Positions 1 to 6,971 of a stretch of 32,000 bases of DNA are shown piece by piece (the stretch's first letter is position 1; each line of letters begins with the position of its first letter). A program made the position numbers and the translations under genes. A model generated the notes under the pieces. It saw nothing but the letters and a program-made list of their open reading frames with translations, was not told the DNA's origin and did not search any database. The DNA is from Bacillota bacterium (GTDB taxonomy: Bacteria > Bacillota > Sulfobacillia > Sulfobacillales > Sulfobacillaceae), in contig JAKACZ010000003.1 in assembly GCA_021820965.1 (NCBI GenBank), positions 9,297 through 41,296 on the forward strand, in the 5' to 3' direction.

Positions 1-312
1 CTGAAGGCGGCGGGCCTGTTCGCGGCCCGCTTCGGTGAGCGTGACCGCCACGAAGCGACGGTCATGCGGACTGGGATCCCGCCGGACCCATCCCAAGCGC
101 CGCAACTCTTCTACCGCGCGGCTGACCCATGGCGCATCGCTGGCAATGCGTTTCGCCAACTCCCGAATGGCCAATGCTTGATCGGGATAGAGCTCCGTTA
201 AAATAAGGCACTGTACTTCAGAAGCGGGTGCACAACACGCCCAGGCGCGTCGCTGCAGTTGCGCGAACCGCCGCGTTACTTGGCGCAAGACGTGAAACGA
301 GTTTGTTGTCAT
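1..312 (-). CDS. MarR-family transcriptional regulator (3' end runs off the window)
   Basis: Absent from the ORF track because it is open at the window edge. Own translation from the ATG (complement of 310-312): MTTNSFHVLRQVTRRFAQLQRR...ILTELYPDQALAIRELAKRIASDAPWVSRAVEELRRLGWVRRDPSPHDRRFVAVTLTEAGREQARRLQ. This fits the MarR winged-helix pattern (..D.RD.R...v.LT..G). A GGGGG ribosome-binding site lies 7-8 nt upstream. Confidence 0.8.
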   Translation of the reverse strand, partial: MTTNSFHVLRQVTRRFAQLQRRAWACCAPASEVQCLILTELYPDQALAIRELAKRIASDAPWVSRAVEELRRLGWVRRDPSPHDRRFVAVTLTEAGREQARRLQ

Positions 313-327
313 TGTGCTGCCCCCTAG

Positions 328-346
328 TAGTTGTAGAACACAACTA
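328..346. promoter_or_regulatory. Inverted repeat TAGTTGT-N5-ACAACTA, candidate MarR autoregulatory operator
   Basis: Perfect 7-bp arms read directly at 328-334 and 340-346, lying 16-34 nt upstream of the marR start. MarR proteins typically bind palindromes in their own promoter. Confidence 0.4.
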
Positions 347-637
347 TGATATTCCCATAATACGTAATTCATCAGTGTTTGTCATGCACAGAAGTTAATC
401 ACATTTGTGACTACCGCTTACGCCAAGCCGCTTCCAGCGGATTCCAAGTACGATGCGCTTGCGACTATTGTGGGTCATGGCTTTCGGCGTCATGGTGCTG
501 TTTGGAACGGTTGGTCACAACGGCCGCTGCGGCGGCCTGGCCGACTGCCACGATTGCGCTCACCATCAACCCCAACGGCGGGACCAACCCGGGCGTCCAA
601 TGATGCGGCACAACTATGGAGGCACGAAAAAGCAATT

Positions 638-1362
638 TCATGATTTGGGTTGCGGCCGGATCATGTAGTTCCATTCCCCGTGAAAGGTGAGATTGAGCGC
701 GTTGAAGATCTCGTCATCCGCCTTGCGACCCTTCTGGTAGGTACGCTCATCCAGTACCGCTTGGACCGCTCCTCCTCTTCGGCGGGTGCGCGTATGGCCA
801 AAATGCATTAGACCACCGGGTCAAACGTCTCGAGAGACCGTCCGTGCCAGGTGATACTATCTCTTCGATATCGCCGGTATACACCGGGCCATGCCTTCCC
901 ACAGATCGCTGGGAAAACATTCCACACGTGCCAGGTCAATTGGTGTGCCAATTCCTTTGCATACGGAAAAGTTATTTTACCGTGCCGCCTTAGAGGAATG
1001 CATCTTCCACCAGGGTAAAACGACCTGGCACCTGCAGCATTCTTTTGGTCATGTCCCGCAATGATCGAGGCCCTGGTGAGGGCCAACTGATGGTGATCAC
1101 ACTCGGGCACTGGTGGACGGATCGAGGCACCGTGAGCTGAGCATACCGTCGGATGCCCCGCCGGACGTGGATGGAGATTGCCCGGGAGGAGTTGGTATGA
1201 TGCGCACCGCAGGGTCCGAGCACTGGCGACCACAACCGACATAAATAGGGCGGTCCCGGTCAAGCCTGGCTTCCGGGCCGCGAACGGGGCCGAATTCGGG
1301 CCTCGGGTGTCATAATCATGCCAGCGCTGTCGTGGGCTTATTTCCTGGCGATGGTGGCACAC
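638..1362 (-). pseudogene. ISAzo13-family transposase remnant (C-terminal ~230 aa, frameshifted, 5' truncated)
   Basis: The minus-strand translation ends ...FGHTRTRRRGGAVQAVLDERTYQKGRKADDEIFNALNLTFHGEWNYMIRPQPKS* (stop at 638-640). The HGEWNY tail is characteristic of ISAzo13 transposases. The upstream frame (ORF 808-1362) ends ...VFPAICGKAWPGVYRRYRRDSITWHGRSLETFDPVV, resembling the FPPGTSKWN...NWRG.PL..ye.iv segment. The two pieces are in different frames. Confidence 0.6.
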
Positions 1363-1392
1363 GACATAGACTAGTCGGTGAGCATCACTTGA

Positions 1393-1695
1393 TTCGTTGA
1401 CACGACAGGTGAGGAGTTTCTGCTCGGATCTTCGCAGTCTCGCAGGTTATTTATTCAGATTCAGGAGTACAACCCCGTCATTCGCGGGTGGCTCCAGTAC
1501 TACGGACGGTTTTATCCGTCTGCGCTCCAGCATCTTCGGGAGCATCTCGATCACGTTTTGGTCCGCTGGGCCCGCCGCAAATATAAGCGGCTGTGGCGCC
1601 ACCACCGGCGCGCGGCACATTGGCTCCGCGGTATCATGCAGCGGGACCCACAGCTTTTTGCACACTGGCAGGGAATGGGACAAATGGTGAGGTAG
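1393..1695 (+). pseudogene. Group II intron reverse transcriptase/maturase, C-terminal fragment only
   Basis: Own translation of the frame whose codons start at positions equal to 1 mod 3: ...LFIQIQEYNPVIRGWLQYYGRFYPSALQHLREHLDHVLVRWARRKYKRLWRHHRRAAHWLRGIMQRDPQLFAHWQGMGQMVR* (TAG at 1693-1695). The NP(V/I)IRGW.NYY...RW...KYKRL...LF.HW pattern marks the maturase (X/En-less) C-terminus of intron-encoded proteins. There is no start codon and the RT domain is missing. Confidence 0.75.
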
Positions 1696-1697
1696 GG

Positions 1698-1775
1698 GAG
1701 CCGGATGAGTCGAGAGGTTCATTGTCCGGTTTTGGGAGAGCCTCGGGGTGCAATCCCCCGGGGCTACTCGCTTAC
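1698..1775 (+). ncRNA. Group II intron domain V and domain VI (3' end of the ribozyme)
   Basis: DV spans 1698-1732. GAGCCGGA pairs with UCCGGUUU, UGAGUC pairs with GGUUCA, the loop is a GAGA (GNRA) tetraloop, and the AGC triad is at 1699-1701. DVI spans 1736-1769: a 10-bp stem (1739-1748 with 1756-1765) extended by 1736-1738 pairing with 1767-1769, leaving A1766 bulged as the candidate branch point. The ...UUAC end at about 1775 fits the AY 3' terminus. Confidence 0.65.
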
Positions 1776-2585
1776 AGCCGCTTCTTTCAGAAGCTCGGGG
1801 GGCGTCCCAAGATCAAGAAAAGGCAGGCGGTGTGGCCGACCCAGGAGCTATTCGAGTTCATGCCTCAGGTCGATGCGGTCAGCGGGGAGATCCTCGCCTA
1901 CCAGCTTCACGTCGGGACCGACAAATTTTCCGTGGGGATCATCCCGTATAGGGCGCATCGTTCCCATGCCGTGCCCACCTCGATCCACATTGCGGGTCGA
2001 CGGCTGTCAATGGTGGCTGTCATTTGCGGCCGACGATGCGACCATGGCCATCCCGGGAAAAGATACCGACACGGCGACGGAACAGATCGCCGAGGACTTG
2101 CGCCACCTGTCCCGGGACCAACTGGCCGAGCGCACGCTCGGCGGCGATCGGGGAGTCGCCAAACCGTTAGCCACTTCCGATGGACAGGTCTTTGATCTCC
2201 AACCGGTGCAAAAGGCCTGGAAGAAAAATCAGCGGCAACGCAAGAAATGGCAACGGCGGGCCGCCCGACGTAAGAAGGGATCGAAGAACCGCCGCACGTG
2301 CGGCACGAGTATGCGCATCAAACCAGTCATCAGCTCGTCGTCAATGACACCATCGATCTCTATGTCTTCGAGGATCTCAAAATTGCCAACATGACCAAGC
2401 ACCCGAAGACGAAGCGCGATGCCCAAGGCCGGTTTCTGCCGAACGGCAGAAAAGCGAAGGCGGGCCTCAACCGGGTGATCCTGGCCTCCGCGTGGGGCGA
2501 GGTCGTCTCCTTCACGCGCTATAAAGCCCTCCGCCAGAGAAAGTTAGTCCTCACGGTTCCGCCCCATGTTCGCATCGTGAAATAA
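1776..2585 (+). pseudogene. tnpB: IS200/IS605-family TnpB (OrfB/IS1341-type) pseudogene, N- and C-terminally truncated, at least 2 frameshifts
   Basis: Pieces occur in three frames. (1) ...SRFFQKLGGRPKIKKRQAVWPTQELFEF...GIIPYRAHRS. (2) ...STLRVDGCQWWLSFAADDA...LGGDRGVAKPLATSDGQVFDLQPVQKAWKKNQRQRKKWQRRAARRKKGSKNRR. (3) ...HQTSHQLVVNDTIDLYVFEDLKIANMTK...KAKAGLNRVILASAWGEVVSFTRYKALRQRKLVLTVPPH. These match the RuvC-like TnpB core. The Zn-finger/C-terminal segment is absent. Confidence 0.75.
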
Positions 2586-2726
2586 TACCAGCGAAGAGCG
2601 GCCCTCGCCTGCGGATACGGGTCGTGTACGTGCCAGCAACGGTACGTGAATCTACACATTGAAGGTGCGGACCGTCGCAATATGCGGTAAGGGCTTGTGA
2701 CTGACGAGTGTGGGATCCTCGCGCCT

Positions 2727-3437
2727 TCATTGCCCGTTGAGGTACCGCCGCCGCAATGTCCACGTCAACAGGGCCACCATCACGAGGAACCAGGCGGACA
2801 ACCCCAAACTGATGCGAAACGCAGCATAATGGCCGGCCAAACCCGCGTTCAAGGCTGACATCGCCAGGATCGACGGCAACCCGTGCAGGAGGATGGCCAA
2901 CAACGCATAATGTGTGAGCCCTGATACCGTGATAGTTCCCAGAAACAAGACCAGCATCACGACGGTCGCCAGCATATTGCCGGAGCGCCCCGACCGGCCC
3001 GCCACCCCGATGAGGACCCCCAGCATTGTGGCCGGGATGGTACCTGCGAGCATCGCCACGAAGAGAGGAAGACTCCAGGGGGCGTCTCCGTGAATCACGA
3101 CGAAGACCAGCACCTCACTGCCCAGGGCGAGTCCGCTGACGAGAAGTGCCTGCATCGCGATTAACCCCCCGAGCGGGACCGCACTGATTCGCAACGTATC
3201 CCAGGTGCCCTGGTCCCGTTCTTGCAGCCAGTGCCCCGACGCCAACATCAAACCGGTCATCAGTTGTGCGAACACCAGCCACAGCGGATTAAACGATGGG
3301 TTCTGGGATGCGCCGGCGTGCTGAACGGCCCAGGCAATGCCGGTGGGCAACGCGAGCATCACCCACGTCATCACACTACGGGCCATCGATTTGGTCCACA
3401 TCCATGAGACGGCTAAGAGGGGGAGCATCGGCGTCAC
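2727..3437 (-). CDS. ABC-2-type transporter permease
   Basis: The 236-aa product has about 6 hydrophobic helices. Its start overlaps the upstream ATPase stop (ATGA at 3434-3437). Confidence 0.7.
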   Translation of the reverse strand: MTPMLPLLAVSWMWTKSMARSVMTWVMLALPTGIAWAVQHAGASQNPSFNPLWLVFAQLMTGLMLASGHWLQERDQGTWDTLRISAVPLGGLIAMQALLVSGLALGSEVLVFVVIHGDAPWSLPLFVAMLAGTIPATMLGVLIGVAGRSGRSGNMLATVVMLVLFLGTITVSGLTHYALLAILLHGLPSILAMSALNAGLAGHYAAFRISLGLSAWFLVMVALLTWTLRRRYLNGQ

Positions 3438-4285
3438 ATCTCCTGTCCGGTTGTTAGCTGGCGGTATACCTCATCGAGGGTACCGGTGGTCTCCATCTCC
3501 AGCACTCGATGATGCGCGAGTACGTTATGAAGGAATGCCGGAGTGTTAGGGTCGGACAGAGAGACCGATGCCCGTCGCAACTGCCCGGACTCCCACCATG
3601 TCACTCGGACCATCCGGTTCGGCAGGCGGTCGACCAAGGCGCTGGGGACGTCGAGTGCAACCAAGACGCCCCGATTGAGGATGCCGACGCGATGACACAG
3701 CGTCGCGGCTTCGACCATGTCGTGGGTTGTCATGAGGATAGTCACGCCTGCATCGCGCACGGCGCCCAGTGTTTGGTGCAGGGTCGCCGCGGCATGGGGA
3801 TCGAGTCCACTGGTGGGCTCATCGAGGAAGAGCACCCGGGGGGACGCGAGTAGTGCCCGCGCCAGCATCGTGCGCTGTCGCCATCCTTTGGAGAGGGTGC
3901 GTACCTCATGCCGCCGATAGGCTTGGAGACCAAACTGCTCGATGATGTGCAGAACATGGGCCCGCTCTCCGCCCCGGATCGCCGCTGCAAAGTGCAAGTT
4001 CTCCTCGACTGTGAGCTGGGGGTAGAGAGCTGGCAATTCGAAGACCACGCCGATGGTCTGCACCGCCTGCCGCCGCTGTTGCACGATATCATATCCCGCA
4101 ATGGTGACCGTACCGGATGTGGGGCGCAGGAGTCCGGTTAACATACGCACCGTTGTGGTCTTGCCAGCGCCATTGGGCCCGAGAAGACCAAACACCTCCC
4201 GTTGCGCGACCGAAAAGGACAGATCATTCACGATGGTGGTTGTTCCGAGCGTTTTGGATAGATGCTTGACGTCAATCATTGGCAT
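3434..4285 (-). CDS. ABC transporter ATP-binding protein
   Basis: Walker A GPNGAGKTT, signature LSKGWRQR, Walker B VLFLDEPTSGLD. I prefer the ATG at 4285 (MPMIDVKHL...) over the track start at 4369, which would overlap padR by about 100 nt. Confidence 0.9.
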   Translation of the reverse strand: MPMIDVKHLSKTLGTTTIVNDLSFSVAQREVFGLLGPNGAGKTTTVRMLTGLLRPTSGTVTIAGYDIVQQRRQAVQTIGVVFELPALYPQLTVEENLHFAAAIRGGERAHVLHIIEQFGLQAYRRHEVRTLSKGWRQRTMLARALLASPRVLFLDEPTSGLDPHAAATLHQTLGAVRDAGVTILMTTHDMVEAATLCHRVGILNRGVLVALDVPSALVDRLPNRMVRVTWWESGQLRRASVSLSDPNTPAFLHNVLAHHRVLEMETTGTLDEVYRQLTTGQEM

Positions 4286-4799
4286 GTGCGAGACCCCTTT
4301 CGTGGGCGATGGTGTCGAGCCACTGAAGTTCTGCGAGGACCTGTTGTCGTTGAAAGCCGAGTACCGCACGAGACCAGTACGTGCTCCGCGGCAAGGCGGC
4401 GACCGTGTCGAAGTGGGCGAGTTCGGCAGTCAGCCACGCGCGACGCTGTTCCAGTAACTGGTACTGCGTACGGGTGGGGATGAGGTCCCACAGGGAGAGG
4501 CTTAGAAAGAAGCGGCGCCGGTCCGCGGCATTTTGGGGATCCCCCACGAGGTCCGTGAGAAGTGTTCGCCCCACGGCGGTCAGTTCGTAGACTTTCCGCG
4601 GCGGCGCTCCAAGGCGTGGCGATGGCTCGGCGTGGGCGGCGACGGCGCCGCGTTGGTGCAGTCGGCGAAGCGTCGAGTATAGTCGCTTAGTATCGAAGGT
4701 TTCGTCCGGTCCAATTGCCCGGTCAGCTTCCTCCAACAGGCGGTACCCATGCTTGGGCTCTGGAAGAAGCAGCGTTAGCAAAACGGTTTCATTGACCAA
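4272..4799 (-). CDS. PadR-family transcriptional regulator
   Basis: TTG start at 4799 with a GGAGGA ribosome-binding site. The N-terminus LLTLLLPEPKHGYRLLEE...LYSTLRRLHQRGAV...PPRKVYELTAVGRTLL is the PadR winged-helix pattern. It is the first gene of the padR-ABC ATPase-permease operon. Confidence 0.85.
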   Translation of the reverse strand: MVNETVLLTLLLPEPKHGYRLLEEADRAIGPDETFDTKRLYSTLRRLHQRGAVAAHAEPSPRLGAPPRKVYELTAVGRTLLTDLVGDPQNAADRRRFFLSLSLWDLIPTRTQYQLLEQRRAWLTAELAHFDTVAALPRSTYWSRAVLGFQRQQVLAELQWLDTIAHERGLAHAND

Positions 4800-4812
4800 T
4801 GTGAGTCCTCCT

Positions 4813-4830
4813 ATATGTCATGACATATAT
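4813..4830. promoter_or_regulatory. Perfect 18-bp palindrome TATATGTCATGACATATA, candidate PadR operator
   Basis: Read directly; the sequence is its own reverse complement. It sits immediately upstream of the padR ribosome-binding site and contains ATGT/ACAT half-sites of the kind reported for PadR operators. Confidence 0.55.
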
Positions 4831-5894
4831 AACACAGAAGAGTTGTTTTCGCAACTGAACAGGGGAAAAGCACCATAGGCTGGGTAAGTTTTAAAAGGTC
4901 CACCGGGAGCGGCTCCAACGATTGGTCGCACCCGCCTGCACGCAGACACGGGTGGCACAGGGTGTCGCAGTCGGGGTGATTCGGAGCTACTGGAGACGTT
5001 AGTGCAACAGCGCTACCCTCAAATATCGCCTTGGACCAAGGGTCGTCACTTGCCTACCAATGGCTCGATCAACACGCAATACTCTGCCGTTGGCTTGCGG
5101 TATGAAGGCAGAGCTCAATCGCAAAATTCGGATACCAGATCATACGACCGCGAGTCAGTGGTAGCACGCTTGATGCGGTGGAGGCGGATGATGAGATCCA
5201 GTGCCCAGGTTTGCTGGGTGGTTTCCATGACGGGCCGGAGATCGTGTACATGGTGGACGCGTGGCAGAGGTCATGGGCGCATTGGTCGTCCGCCCATCAT
5301 ATAATGCGGTGCCGCGGTACGTCGGATTGCGTGCCTCCGCGATTCGCCACACAGCAGTAATTCCTGTTTTCTGAGTCTTCCGATGTTCGGTGCTGGCGGA
5401 CGTTCGTCGGCCTGCTGACTAAGGCGCAAAACCTACGCAGCAAGCGGCTGCTGTCACCACTTCCGGCCTGAGTTGGTAATTGTGGGTAGGGGTTGGTACT
5501 ATACGGTAAGTGTTAAACGCCCGCTAGGGCCATCAGATGCCCTAAAGACCAGCCCGAACGCCAATATTAGCCTAATCTAATCAAAATCAATCGCAGAGTG
5601 GCGCGTGTTAGCCCAAGACGCGGGATTCCAGGACGGTGTTAAATTTAAAGCCGCTGAGAGGCGACTCGATGGCGATTTTCTCCAGGATGCTAACAAAAAC
5701 GGCTATAACACGTGGGAGTCTCCAGAGAAATCATCGCGGAACTTTTTCCGATTTGTCCTTTGTCCTGCCAATCCCACAAAATCCTCGGACCTCACCACTT
5801 TCTGACCCCCCTTCTGCGAGCCCTTTGGTCCTGAACTTTGAGTCCTTGGGCCCTGACGATTCGCCTTGTCCGAACACTACGATGATTATGTGAT

Positions 5895-5910
5895 TGTGAT
5901 ATCAATCACA
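5895..5910. promoter_or_regulatory. Crp/Fnr-type box TGTGATATCAATCACA (box 1)
   Basis: TGTGA-N6-TCACA read directly, embedded in the larger imperfect palindrome 5881-5919. It lies about 20 nt upstream of the uORF ribosome-binding site and about 115 nt upstream of ctaB. Confidence 0.5.
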
Positions 5911-5930
5911 ATCGTCATCAGAGGTCAAGT

Positions 5931-6029
5931 ATGAGCGGGATCTACGGGCCCTTCTCACAAATGCCGCGGCACTGGGCCACAGCCGATGAGGTCAACGTGA
6001 TGCGGCGCCGAAAGCCGAGGTTGCCATGA
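5931..6029 (+). CDS. Small upstream ORF (32 aa) translationally coupled to ctaB
   Basis: ATG at 5931 preceded by AGAGGT with 6-nt spacing. Product: MSGIYGPFSQMPRHWATADEVNVMRRRKPRLP*. Its TGA (6027-6029) overlaps the ctaB ATG (6026) as ATGA. It falls below the track length cutoff and I recognise no homology. Confidence 0.3.
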   Translation: MSGIYGPFSQMPRHWATADEVNVMRRRKPRLP

Positions 6030-6925
6030 TAGGTGTTCACGGTGTTCACGGGTTGTCACGCAAGACGCTTCGTGCGCGCACAATTGTCTATTGGAACTTT
6101 ACCAAGCCGCGCATCTGGGCGGTTTTTGCGTTGGAAGGGTTGGCCGGCAGCATGCTGGCCAAGAGCGCTTCCGAGATTTTTCCCTGGCTCCCGGTGGTGA
6201 CCGCAGTGCTGGCGATTGCTCTAGCCGCGGCGGGGGCGGAGGCGCTGACCAACGTGCTGGATCGCAACATGGACGCAGTCATGCGTCGCACGCATACCCG
6301 ACCCTTGCCGCGCGGAACCATCACTCCAAGATCTGCTGTTGTGTTTGGCTTCGTGTGCGTGGGAGCCAGCCTGAGTCTGGGCGCTGTTTTGGGCGCGATT
6401 CCCTTGCTGTTCTTGGTCATCGGCCTGATCGACAACGTGATTATTTACAGTGCCCTGGCAAAGCGTACAACTCCCTGGAGCATCATGCTGGGTGCGGGCG
6501 CAGGCGCTATCCCGGTATGGGTCGGGTTCGCCGTGGTGCGACTGCCGATCAGCCTCAGCGGTTGGTTGCTCGGCGTGGTTGTTCTGTGCTGGATTCCGGT
6601 GCATATCTGGAGTCTAGCCTGGGCCTGCCGTGAGGATTATGCCCGGGCGGACGTGCCTATGGCACCGGTGGTGTGGTCGCCTAAGACGTTTCAACGGGCC
6701 TGGTATGCGGCCTTGGTGTTGATGCTGGGAGCAACCATGACCTTCGCCGCCGCGGCCTTAGGCCAAGTTGCCGGCCTGATCGCCGATGGTGCCGCGGCGG
6801 TGGTCGCCTTGCTGGGGGGGCAATGGGCCGTTTGGCCGACGACTAAGCATGCCCGGCTCGTATTTCAGACGGTCAATGCTTACTTGGCGGGTCTATTGCT
6901 ATTGGTGATTGTGATCCGATTGTAG
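6026..6925 (+). CDS. ctaB: Protoheme IX farnesyltransferase (heme O synthase), UbiA superfamily
   Basis: YWNFTKPRIW (the Y..LTKPRI motif), first Asp-rich motif NVLDRNMDAVMRRTHTRPLP, second motif EDYARADVPMAPVV, and about 8-9 TM helices. A GAGGT ribosome-binding site lies 5 nt upstream. Confidence 0.8.
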   Translation: MIGVHGVHGLSRKTLRARTIVYWNFTKPRIWAVFALEGLAGSMLAKSASEIFPWLPVVTAVLAIALAAAGAEALTNVLDRNMDAVMRRTHTRPLPRGTITPRSAVVFGFVCVGASLSLGAVLGAIPLLFLVIGLIDNVIIYSALAKRTTPWSIMLGAGAGAIPVWVGFAVVRLPISLSGWLLGVVVLCWIPVHIWSLAWACREDYARADVPMAPVVWSPKTFQRAWYAALVLMLGATMTFAAAALGQVAGLIADGAAAVVALLGGQWAVWPTTKHARLVFQTVNAYLAGLLLLVIVIRL

Positions 6926-6971
6926 ACGGAGGTGAATCGGGAAGGTGAATCGGGAGAAGGAGGAGAAAGCG

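Noticed and set aside
379-674. Cluster of overlapping 69-78-aa ORFs divergent from marR. Spliced across frames they read like an MFS-type N-terminus (..LRLLWVMAFGVMVLFGTV.. then ..TTAAAAAWPTATIAL..).
   Set aside because: No single frame is convincing. It needs at least one frameshift and ends at the ISAzo13 remnant. At best it is an eroded transporter fragment, which is not supportable as a feature.
1593-2394. Track ORFs 1593-2195 (200 aa) and 1705-2394 (229 aa) taken as intact genes.
   Set aside because: They are read-through composites. Their 5' parts translate group II intron DV/DVI RNA, and their 3' parts are different frames of one tnpB pseudogene.
5489-5526. GGGG-initiated 38-mer resembling a Tn3-family terminal inverted repeat.
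   Set aside because: There is no partner repeat, no Tn3-type transposase or resolvase in the window, and the resemblance is only in outline (GGGG start, ..GCTA end).
6088-6633. ORFs 6088-6435 (-), 6091-6633 (+) and 6221-6604 (-) overlapping ctaB.
   Set aside because: These are shadow ORFs typical of GC-rich coding DNA. The ctaB frame carries the family motifs and the ribosome-binding site.
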